This document shows positions 27,778 to 39,296 of a DNA stretch of 64,000 bases, in pieces; position 1 is the stretch's first letter; every line of letters starts with the position of its first letter. The stretch is from the NCBI GenBank assembly GCA_964016885.1, contig OZ024742.1, positions 151,838,001 through 151,902,000 on the forward strand. Direction: 5' to 3'. Made by a program: the position numbers and the translations under genes. Origin of the DNA: Eledone cirrhosa (lineage: Eukaryota). The notes under the pieces were generated by a model that worked only from the letters and a program-made list of their open reading frames with translations, did no database searches and was not told where the DNA came from.

Positions 27778-28920
27778 CGAAGGTAATGTGGTGAGGAACC
27801 AGATGGACCATAACGCACCTAAGTACTCAATACTTAGGGTAGTAGACTGGGTAATAGGAACGAGTAGGATCCCGACGGCTGAGCTCAAGCCGTTTCGACG
27901 GCTAATTCTGGACCAAATGAACATTTTTATCCTGGTACATGAATAGCCGAGCTTCTCAGGGGGTAATTCCATATATGGTAAAAGTGATTGTCACAATGAT
28001 TGGTCAAAAGTTTGTTGTTGAGACACATAATTCTATCATGGCATTTTGTGGAAGGAAGGGGTAGCTGAACTTGCCAGTAGAAGAAAAAGGGAGAGCGAGT
28101 GGAAGAAAACCAATTGTGCGTTGATAGTGCCAACTACAGCAGGATCCTAAGGATAAGAGGTCAAGAGAAGTATACTAGGGAGTGGAAGGAAGTCGAAACA
28201 ATAAGTAAATTAATATGGAGTAAATATATAGAAGAATAATAAGAATGTTAAAAATATAAAAAAAACAATTTCTGGTTACTTTACCCCTACCACAATCATC
28301 AAGTCTCTCACTGGTACTCCTAAACTATAGAAAAGTTTAATAGGTGGGACGGAATACTAAATACGAAATTGTAGTGAAAGAATTTTATGAGTTAGTAGTA
28401 ATCGTCCAAATCTATCTTACAGTGATAGGTCAACAAGTAGGGGGCCAAAATACTAAAGAAACTACTACGAAATAATAATTCAGAGACCCGAAAATAATAC
28501 GAAATAATAATTCAGAATCCCGAAAATGAATACTAATACGATATATATGAGTACCGCTACAATACATACATTCTAATACAAACTACATAAATGCTCGTAC
28601 GATATATATGAAAAATTTAATACGAACAATTAATTTAGAATCCCCCCACCCCAAAAAAACAAAAATATAAAATACTGATATACTCCCTCTCCCTCTTTCT
28701 TCTACTGGCAAGTTCAGCTACATCTTCTTTCCACAAAATGCCATGATAGAATTATGTGTCTCACCAACAAACTTTTGACCAATCCTTGTGACAATCACTT
28801 TTACCATATATGGAATTACCCCCAGTGAAGCTCGGCTATTCACGTACCAGGATAAAAATTTTCATTTTCTCCAGAATTAGCCGTCGAAACGGCTTGAGCT
28901 CAGCCGTCGGTGTCCTACTC
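27778..28920. repeat. Family D pLTR-like repeat with inverted arms and atypical HHR
   Basis: 27863-28093 is complementary to 28689-28920; homologous copy at about 57737-58630. Confidence 0.75.
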
Positions 28921-28923
28921 CTT

Positions 28924-28974
<51 letters not shown>

Positions 28975-28976
<2 letters not shown>

Positions 28977-29324
28977 GAAAATGGACATAGCCATAAAATT
29001 TTAATTGGTCACTTGGAAATAGCTGATGACTGTGAAGGTGGTTGTATAGGGGTGTATGGAAAAGGTTGTGTGATTGGCAGAATGCAGTGGTGGATGAAAT
29101 ATACATATGTATACAGTTACATATGTACGCACAAATACATTAATATACATACGAAGGTGCTTACATATATGTAAATAAATACCTATGTTCACACAAACAT
29201 GTCTGTAAAAAGACGTATGAGAAAATATATTTTTAAATATTCAAAAAACTTCTCAAAAAAAATATATATACACATATGTATACAAAATACATATACGCTC
29301 ACATAAATCTAAACATATACATAC

Positions 29325-29330
<6 letters not shown>
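28975..29330. repeat. Inverted arm matching about 34990-35398; the Gypsy element sits between the arms
   Basis: Reverse-complement similarity, e.g. ctgccaatcacacaac...ccatacacccctatacaaccaccttcac. Confidence 0.75.
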
Positions 29331-29390
<60 letters not shown>

Positions 29391-29417
29391 GCATATATAT
29401 ATATAGATATGCATATA

Positions 29418-29449
<32 letters not shown>

Positions 29450-29450
<1 letters not shown>

Positions 29451-29947
29451 GGAGCGACGTGGTTAGTCAGTCTGGTCACTACTTCTGATCAGATCCGAGA
29501 ATAGCCCTTAGAAGGACTGTTATCGCATACGGTCTGATCAGATCTGAAGATAGCACTTAAAAGAACTGTTGTCGCATATAGCCCTTAAAAGGACTGTTGA
29601 GGATGGACAGACGAAAGCACAAGTTGAAAGGACGTAGCAAGGCGAGATGTAAATTCGATCAGCTATTTATTTTCACATGAAGCGACGATACAAGGTACAA
29701 GGCGTGTGTGAGTAACAAAGCGTGGCAGAGTAAAGGAACAACGATGCGTTAGCTGACTCTGCCAAAAGTCGACTGGCGAAGTGTTTGGAACCACTCTATT
29801 TATACAGAAATAATCGTTTGATATTTAGCCGCTGTGTAGGCGTTTATTCTGCTAGTTTCTAAGGGCTGTTTGTTTCACGGTGAGGTAGCTAGCTAACATG
29901 TAGATGGCGCTGTATATTTCACAGATGTTATTTCCAGTGGCTGTACA
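29450..29947 (-). repeat. 3' LTR
   Basis: TG...CA termini; PPT ggcagggggataa at 29948-29960 (minus). Confidence 0.9.
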
Positions 29948-30874
29948 TTATCCCCCTGCCAGATCTTTTGTACAACAAAAGAGCGAAATATCGTATAGTA
30001 ATGGGCCAGTCATGCATTTGTCATGACAATATCCCCAGGAGTGTCCAACACGTTGTGAAATTTTGTGATCATCGAGTACAGGACAGAGTCGATGTAGAGA
30101 TGATATGGCAAGATGTGTGTGTCAGGAAGAGAGAAAAGAAATAAATTATAAAATGACTTTGACCAAATTTATGCAGGCGTGATGAATGAGCCTGTTGCAA
30201 TTTGGGTTGAGCTGTCTGTGAATTGTGTGACAAAAAGTCTAAACGGGCAGTGAAGATAACCGTAATGTGTGACTGAATGGCCGTAAGCATGCTGCCTAAA
30301 AGTAATAGTTTGCTCCACAGCATATGACTTGAGCGAATGCATGTGGTAAAAAAATAGCGAGGCATTCTCGAACTATTGAGTGAATGTGTACGTGAAAAAA
30401 GAAGGCCAGAGTTTTGAGGATGTGATTTGTGAAATGCGTGATCAAAGAGAAAACATTTTGTAGTGTAAGAGTTAGAGGGACACAAATATCTATTGCTCCG
30501 TGTATGAACCAAAAGGTGAAACAAACGTGGTTTTGTAGTGTGCATGAAAAACAGAATATGTACACGCCTTGTATGTATATAAAAATTATGTCAATTACGC
30601 AATCAATGTTACAGAACAAGAAAAATAAAATTTTTGCAATATAAGAGAGAGAAGAAAAAAATGTGATACACAATGATATACAATGTTTGTTCTTAAATAG
30701 TGTTTGTAATAAATAATGTTCATAATAAATAATGTTCTTCGTGACATGAGCACATGGTCACTAAAAATTACAATTGTTCAAGCAGAAAGTTCATTGTATT
30801 TGAAACTGGAAATAGTAAACTCAAGAAAAATGGAAATGTTTTGCACGAAGAATGATTAAGAAACTCACTTGAGG

Positions 30875-33800
30875 TTAACGGGAATTCACATATTGTGCCA
30901 ACTTGGCGGGCCAATGGACGCGTCGTCCACTTCTCGTGACTGGAGATGAAACAGGTGGCTCACTGGGACAGCAATCTGTTGGAGTTTCTGGTGTAGAGAC
31001 TGTAACAGTATCCATGATGGCTTTTTTTAATCTGTTCACGCTGACAGAATTCTGTTTACCATCTAGATCGAGAATAAAACATTTCGGATATTTTTTTAGA
31101 ACACGATAAGGACCAGAATATGGAGGTCGAAGATGAGCTGAAATGGTGTCGTTTCGAACGAAAACGTGTGTCCAATCTTTAATGTCTGAAGGTACGTGTG
31201 TGGCCGTGTTCTGTTGACGGGTGCTTGCAGGAGCAAGGTGAGACATATAGTGTCGAAGACGGTGTACGTATGATCCTGGGTCTGGAACATCCTGAGGAGA
31301 GATGGGAGCAACCATCTGACCAGGTAGATCCAGGGTGGTGCCGTACACTAATTCTGCAGGTGTGTGTCCGAATTCCTCCTTAACGGTGGATCGAATGCCC
31401 AGAAGGACGAGTGGTAAGTATTCAAACCAGTGGGTCTTGTCTGGATATGCTTTTATTGCAGCTTTCAATTGGCGATGGAATCTTTCCACGAGACCATTAG
31501 CTTGCGGGTGATAAGCTGTCGTGCGGATGTGTTTACATCCTAACAGGCGAGTCAGTTCCCTGAAGAGGTGGGAGTCAAATTGGCGTCCTCTGTCCGTTGT
31601 TATCTTCGCTGGGGCGCCATAACGTGATACCCAGTGTAAAACCAAAGTTTTAGCGATTGTTCCCGCTGCGGTATCATTTATGGGAAAAGCCTCAGGCCAA
31701 CGAGAAAATCGATCTATGCAGGTGAGCAAGTGTGTGTAGTTCTGTGATGGTGGTAGAGGTCCGACGATGTCGATATCCACATGATGAAAACATGCATCAG
31801 GTTGCGCGAATGTGCCGAGTGGAGTTTTGATGTGACTGTGGAATTTGGCTTTCTGGCAGGCAATGCAGCTCCTGGACCAGTCGCGCACGTCCTTGTTAAT
31901 GTTAGTCCACACAAAACGAGCAGAGATGAGTTTCTGTGTAGCCCGGATTACCGGGTGAGACAAGCAGTGTAAAGCAGAAAAAACTTGTCGACGATCCATC
32001 TGTGGTACGTACGGTCGTTCATGACCGGTAGAAAAGTCGCACCAAATTTGTCCCCGGGAAGAAGGAATGGAAACTTGCTGAAACTTGAGGGATGGCGAAT
32101 CTCAGAGCTTGATAAACTCTTCGTCAGTCTCTTGGTCAGCTGCGATCTGTTGAAGGTCGATGCCTGAATGCACATGTATTGAGTTCAGCTGTATTCGGGA
32201 CAGGGCATCGGCTGCTACGTTGTCTGATCCCTTGATATGCCGAATATCAGTTGAATATTGGGAGACAAAATCCAGGTGTCGGAATTCTCTCGGTGAATAA
32301 CGGTTAGGATTGGTACGGAACGCATAAACTAGTGGTTTATGGTCCGTGTAGATCACGAAATCTGATCATTCGAGCATGTGCCGAAAATGCTTAACCGAAA
32401 GATAGGTTGCCAAGAGTTCGCGGCCAAAGGTACTGCATTTCGTTTCTGCCGGTTGCAACCGCTTAGAAAAGAAGGATAAGGGCTGCCACACGCCGTCGAC
32501 ATGTTGTAAAACGCCTCCAACCCCCGTGTCTGATGCGCCAACTAGCAGCGAAAGAGGAACGCCAGACCTGGGGAAAACAAGCATGGAAGCGTTTGCCAAT
32601 ATTTCCTTCAGGCGGTTAAAAGATGTTAATTCTTCCTCGTTTAGAGTGATCTCTTCGTTTTTGCGAGTCCGGTTACGAAGAAGGTCCGTGAGGAGTCTGG
32701 CTGCGTCGGAACAATGAGGGATAAAACGCCTATAAAAATTCACCAGAGCGAGGAATTCACGCAGTTTCCGAAGTGATGTAGGTGCGGGAAAACTGCGGAT
32801 AGCTTCTACTTTCTCGGGAAGTGGACGAATGCCGTCTTTATCGATGATGTGCCCAAGAAAGGACAGTGAAGGAACGCCGAGAAGGCACTTGCTGGGGTTG
32901 TTGATGATACCGTACTCAGCCAAACGTTGGAAAAGGAGATCTAAGTGCTTCTCGTGTTCTTGCTCGGAAGTACTTGCTACCAGCACGTCGTCAATATACG
33001 CGTATACGAAGGGTAGATCGCGTAACACGGTGTCAATAAACCGCTAAAAAGTTTGTTCAGCGTTGCGCAGACCGAACGGCATTCGTAGGAATTCGAATAA
33101 ACCGAACGGCGTTGTGATTGCGGTCTTCGGAATATCTGCAGGCTCCATAGGTAAGGTATCTGGTTGTATGCACGCACCAAATCTATCTTGGAAAAGGTGC
33201 GTGCGCCTTGCAGAGAGGCAGAAAAATCGTGCAGGTGAGGTACAGGGTAATTATCGGGCACTGTAGAGCTGTTAAGTGAACGATAATCCCCACATGGTCG
33301 CCAATCATTCTCGTTTTTTTAGGAACAAGTTGTAGAGGTGCAGACCAGTTGCTGGAGGAAGGGCGAATGATTCCGAGGTCCAGCATGTGTTGGAACTCCT
33401 GCTTGGCGATTCTCAATCGGTCTGGAGGCAGTCTCCTTGGTCGGGCAGCTGTGGGTGGTCCCCTTGTCTCGATGTGGTGCGTGACACTATGCTTAATGGG
33501 ACCATCCTTAAATACCGGGCGAGTGATGTCTGGGTATTTCTGGAGAATGCCGTTGTACCGCGAAGGCTCTGACTGGCAAATTACGGGGCTCACTGTGGAT
33601 TGCCTGGTAAATATACCTCTCACAGTGAGGTTTGTGGTGGTGTCGATAAGCCTCCGGTTCTTCATATCCACCAGAAGGTTGAAGTGGTGGAGAAAATCGG
33701 CTCCTAGGATAGGGGTCAGCAAGTCTGCCACGACGAACACCTATTGATTGTGGGTCAGTAATTTTTCCCCGAAAGTCGGAATTGACGATCGGTTCACTGC

Positions 33801-34238
33801 CTGCAGAAAGGACGTTGGTTGGGTATCTTTTGCCCGAGATTAGTGAAACAGGAATAACACTAACCTGGGCTCCTGTATTCACGAGGTAACGGATGCCTGT
33901 CGCCTGGTCGTTAATAAAAAAGACTTTTCTTTTCAGTAGCAGGGTGAACGTCGTCGCTAGGCCCTGGGTGTATTCTGGAAAGAGCACGGGGATTTGCACT
34001 TAGATGCCTATGCGCCGAAATTTGAGTGATACCAGCAGAGGTTGCCAGGCACACGATTTTGACTGGGACTTCTGGATCTTCGACTGTGAAAAGGCCTGGA
34101 TCGACTGTTGCTGCGTCGCGCGTGTGTTTGAAAGTTCTCTACTTGATTCGAGAGGGCTTTAATTTGAGCAGCCCGCTCTCTGATCATAGCCCGCAGCTCT
34201 AAAATCTCGGCCTCTGTCGTTGGTTGCGACATGTCCAT
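30875..34238 (-). pseudogene. Gypsy gag remnant plus pol (protease, RT, RNase H, integrase) with multiple frameshifts
   Basis: LCWYH (gag end), YLVNTGAQVS (Asp to Asn), [53 protein letters not shown]. Confidence 0.92.
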
Positions 34239-34278
34239 GTTGGTATCTTCTTAGGTGCTGTCTGGTTGCGCGTTCGAC

Positions 34279-34295
34279 TCACGTCCGGCTCACCA
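34279..34295 (-). promoter_or_regulatory. Primer binding site, probably tRNA-Trp
   Basis: TGGTGAGCCGGACGTGA, 2 nt from the LTR; two mismatches to TGGTGACCCCGACGTGA. Confidence 0.65.
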
Positions 34296-34297
34296 AT

Positions 34298-34795
34298 TGT
34301 AGCGACGTGGTTAGTCAGTCTGGTCACTACTTCTGATCAGATCCGAGAATAGCCGTTAGAAGGACTGTTATCGCATACGGTCTGATCAGATCTGAAGATA
34401 GCCCTTAAAAGAACTGTTGTCGCATATAGCCCTGAAAAGGACTGTTGAGGATGGACAGACGAAAGCACAAGTTGAAAGGGCGAAGCAAGGCGAGATGTAA
34501 ATTCGATCAGCTATTTATTTTCACATGAAGCGACGATACAAGGTACAAGGCGTGTGTGAGTGACAAAGAGTGGCAGAGTAAAGGAACAACGATGCGCTAG
34601 CTGACTCTGCCAAAAGTCGACTGGCGAAGTGTTTGGAACCACTCTATTTATACAGAAATAATCGTTTGATATTTAGCCGCCATGTAGGCGTTTATTCTGG
34701 TAGTTTCTAAGGGCTGTTTGTTTCACGGTGAAGTAGCTAGCTAACATGTAGATGGCGCTGTATATTTCACAAATGTTATTTCCAGTGGCTGTACA
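34298..34795 (-). repeat. 5' LTR
   Basis: TGT...ACA termini, direct repeat of 29450-29947. Confidence 0.92.
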
Positions 34796-34863
34796 TATAT
34801 ATATGCATATATACATGTATCTATATGCATGTTCGTATATATATATATATATGTATATATATA

Positions 34864-34940
<77 letters not shown>

Positions 34941-34943
34941 GTA

Positions 34944-34994
<51 letters not shown>

Positions 34995-35585
34995 GCATAT
35001 ATATATGTATGCATATGTTTCGATTTATTTGCGCGTATATGTATGTTGTATACATATGTGTATATATATATATTTTTTGAGAATTTTTTGAATATTTAAA
35101 AATATATTTTCTCATACGTCTTTTTATATACATGTTTGTCTGTACATAGGTATATATTTATATATATGTAAGCACCTGCGTAGGTATATTTAGTATGTAT
35201 ATATGTGTACGGACATTTATATGCATGTATGTATATTTATGTATTTGTGCGTACATATATAACTCTATACACATGTATATTTCATCGACCACTTCATTCT
35301 GCCAATCACACAACATTTTCCATACACCCCTATACAACCACCTTCACACTCATCACCTACTTCCCAGTGACCAATTAAAATTTTATGGCTATGTCCATTA
35401 TCGCCCATTAACTTCTTCACACAACCTAATCCTTCCTTCCACCCCATCTTAATCACCCCTCCTCAATTAAATCTCCCCCACCTCGATTCTTCTTTTATTT
35501 ATACTGTGTCTTGTATTCAAACACTAGTTCCTGTCTGGTGACCCTTCGGTATTAAGTACTCTTTTCTCTCAGCCGTGACCCGCAT

Positions 35586-35648
<63 letters not shown>

Positions 35649-35667
35649 TATATAGATATATATGCAC

Positions 35668-35713
<46 letters not shown>

Positions 35714-35778
35714 GTATGCATATATATATATATATGCATATATATATATATATATGTATGCATATATATATATATATA

Positions 35779-35893
<115 letters not shown>

Positions 35894-36032
35894 AGTGTAA
35901 TTTTCTACACAAAACGAAGGTTATAGAGAAAATTGAGGTTGGTAATGGCACATGGAATATATAAGAGACAGAATACTTTTTTGTGAAAAAACATAATTTT
36001 ATAAGGTAAGGAAATAATAAAGGGTATAAAAA

Positions 36033-36074
36033 ATGACCGGTTTCGATGGGTCTGCAAAAGCCATCTTTTCAAAT
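36033..36074 (-). ncRNA. HHR, U3-A8 variant
   Basis: Inverted copy of 37817-37858. Confidence 0.65.
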
Positions 36075-36349
36075 GTTGATTAATATTAAGAAAAATTAAT
36101 AATACGAAGAGTTAAAATTTGAGACTTGAAAATTCAAGTATAAAATTCATTGTGGGATTTCATAGCAGTTTTCATCTAGGTAGCAACAACAGGTTGACTG
36201 CTGTGTCCCTTTCTGGTAGTGAATGAGAAGTTATTTGGGGTGTGGGTTATTTTATAAAGGTCAGATTTAGCAATAGCCAGCTGCTGGTCAGTGAGGGGGT
36301 GGAAGCAATATACACACACATACCTTCATCCACACATACACACACATAC

Positions 36350-36398
<49 letters not shown>

Positions 36399-36467
36399 CA
36401 CACATACATACACACACACATACATATACATACACACATACACACACACACACATATATATACACAT

Positions 36468-36522
<55 letters not shown>

Positions 36523-36553
36523 TATATATACATACACATACATCCAGATACAC

Positions 36554-36634
<81 letters not shown>

Positions 36635-37229
36635 AATTTAACAAATTTAAACCAAAACTAAACGGGTTATCACCCCAATAGAATTGTCATAAAATATAAA
36701 CACACATACGCACGGAATCACTACTATTAAAGACCAGAGACCAATTCTGTAGAATCAGGTTTATTCATTGACAGACCATGCCTTTGTGTGACCAACACAT
36801 CCATGTTAAACCCTGCACGTGCACACACGTATATCTATATATATATGCGCACACAGAATTATTTTAATTTCACTGCCCCAACTTCTTATATTATGGAAAA
36901 AATATGTCTGTATGTATATATATGTATATATATTTGAAGGCCATTTCTCTGTGTGTGGGTGTATGTATGTGTGTGTGTGTGTGTGTGAGTATGTGTGTGC
37001 ATGTGGATGTATGTATTGTGTGTACGTGTGTGTGTGTGTGTGTGTGTATGTATGTGGGTATCTGGATGTATGCGTATGTGTATATATATATATATATGCA
37101 TGTGTGTGTGTGTGTGTGTGTATATATATGTGTGTGTATGTGTGTATATATATGTGTGTGTGTGTGTGTGTGTATGTTTGTATGTGTGTATGTGTATATA
37201 TATATGTGTGTGTGTATGTATGTGTGGGG

Positions 37230-37323
<94 letters not shown>

Positions 37324-37354
37324 GTGTATCTGGATGTATGTGTATGTATATATA

Positions 37355-37409
<55 letters not shown>

Positions 37410-37494
37410 ATGTGTATATATATGTGTGTGTGTGTGTATGTGTGTATGTATATGTATGTGTGTGTGTATGTATGTGTGTGTGTATGTATGTGTG

Positions 37495-37541
<47 letters not shown>

Positions 37542-37816
37542 GTATGTGTGTGTATGTGTGGATGAAGGTATGTGTGTGTATATTGCTTCCACCCCCTCAC
37601 TGACCAGCAGCTGGCTATTGCTAAATCTGACCTTTATAAAATAACCCACACCCCAAATAACTTCTCATTCACTACCAGAAAGGGACACAGCAGTCAACCT
37701 GTTGTTGCTACCTAGATGAAAACTGCTATGAAATCCCACAATGAATTTTATACTTGAATTTTCAAGTCTCAAATTTTAACTCTTCGTATTATTAATTTTT
37801 CTTAATATTAATCAAC

Positions 37817-37858
37817 ATTTGAAAAGATGGCTTTTGCAGACCCATCGAAACCGGTCAT
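37817..37858 (+). ncRNA. HHR, U3-A8 variant
   Basis: at-TTGAAAA-gatgg..ccatc-GAAA-ccgg-TC-at. Confidence 0.7.
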
Positions 37859-38030
37859 TTTTTATACCCTTTATTATTTCCTTACCTTATAAAATTATGT
37901 TTTTTCACAAAAAAGTATTCTGTCTCTTATATATTCCATGTGCCATTACCAACCTCAATTTTCTCTATAACCTTCGTTTTGTGTAGAAAATTACACTTTT
38001 CATATATACTAACCTACGCAAATCCGGAAA

Positions 38031-39296
38031 ATGGCACTGGAACAAGACAACACCACTTCAAACTCCAATATCAATGAGGAAATCCTGAAAATCCTAAAAG
38101 AGATAAATGGAAAACTCACCATTCTGACAAAAAAACAGGATATACCCCAAACCACCACACCGACTGACAACCAAATTTATTTAAACGTTCAAAACGTATG
38201 CAACTCCATCGAAAAACTTATGAATACCAACACAGAACAAACGACATTGCTCCATATCAAAAACCAAATGGGACACCTCTGGAAAAAACATCTAAAAACC
38301 AGAAAATTCACTTTCTGGAATATGATAAAAAACCTCAACAAAGCTGGAATTTACCAAAAATGGATTAACTCAACACCGATAGTTTTACCACGTAAATTCC
38401 AAATAAAGCATATTACAAACGAACCTGAACCAGAAAGAAAACTCCGTGAACAAATGTCACTCAACAGGATAAACATGGAAATAGAACTCCTAAAATTAAG
38501 GGCCACCTCAAACGAGCAAGAGTATAAGGATACTGATAAAAATATGGAGGAAGAATGCACTAAAAAGGCCGAGGGAACAACCCTACAAAATTTAATCAAA
38601 TCGTGGAAACAGGACTGCGAGAATGCAGAAACTATTTCCCTTAAACGGTGGGAAAAATCCGAAAACTGGTTCCTCAAATATGAAGATGACTTTAAAAGGA
38701 CGCACCAAACAGGTAACCCCTTTATAAAGCATTTGAACATAACAAGAACTACAACAGACACATTTACACCACCAAACCCAACACACACTAACCACAGGCA
38801 CATCCCCCACCAACACAAACCAAATACGGCCAACTACACCAAAAGAAACACACCCAACCACCACAACACAGGTTTCCGTAGAAATGCCCCCTACATAAAC
38901 CAACGACGAAATAACATAGATCCAACTCACAACACACACACCACATTCCTCAGAAGAAATCCACCCAGGCCACTTGAAATCACAACAGAACTTACCCACA
39001 ACCACACCAGACATCACCCTCAATCCAACAAAAGACAACCCCCCAGCCTCAACACTCTGTACCACAGAAATAACGCACCCAGACCACATGAACCAACAAC
39101 AGAACCCTTGCTCATCAACAACCACAACACATACCACCCCCACCATCACATTCACCCTCATGAAACAACAAGCTACAGACCCACACGCAACAGACCAACA
39201 AAATATAATCACACACAAAACTACATTCCTTTTTTAGGGAAAAGCCTGAAATACCAGGATACTCGATGGCCCCCCCTCAGGAGAAACCAAAAATAA
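38031..39296 (+). CDS. PLE ORF1, 421 aa; helical/coiled-coil-like N-terminal half and basic H/N/T/P/R-rich C-terminus
   Basis: Uninterrupted ATG-started ORF just downstream of the pLTR; overlaps ORF2. Confidence 0.8.
   Translation: MALEQDNTTSNSNINEEILKILKEINGKLTILTKKQDIPQTTTPTDNQIYLNVQNVCNSIEKLMNTNTEQTTLLHIKNQMGHLWKKHLKTRKFTFWNMIKNLNKAGIYQKWINSTPIVLPRKFQIKHITNEPEPERKLREQMSLNRINMEIELLKLRATSNEQEYKDTDKNMEEECTKKAEGTTLQNLIKSWKQDCENAETISLKRWEKSENWFLKYEDDFKRTHQTGNPFIKHLNITRTTTDTFTPPNPTHTNHRHIPHQHKPNTANYTKRNTPNHHNTGFRRNAPYINQRRNNIDPTHNTHTTFLRRNPPRPLEITTELTHNHTRHHPQSNKRQPPSLNTLYHRNNAPRPHEPTTEPLLINNHNTYHPHHHIHPHETTSYRPTRNRPTKYNHTQNYIPFLGKSLKYQDTRWPPLRRNQK
39230..39281 (+). promoter_or_regulatory. Candidate -1 programmed ribosomal frameshift signal
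   Basis: T TTT TTA heptamer in ORF1 register, 8-nt spacer, then stem cctga..tcagg. Confidence 0.7.

Larger units (their letters stand above)
29450..34795 (-). mobile_element. Ty3/Gypsy LTR retrotransposon, decayed, gag largely deleted
   Basis: Two 498-bp LTRs; domain order PR-RT-RH-IN on the minus strand; PBS and PPT present. Confidence 0.95.
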
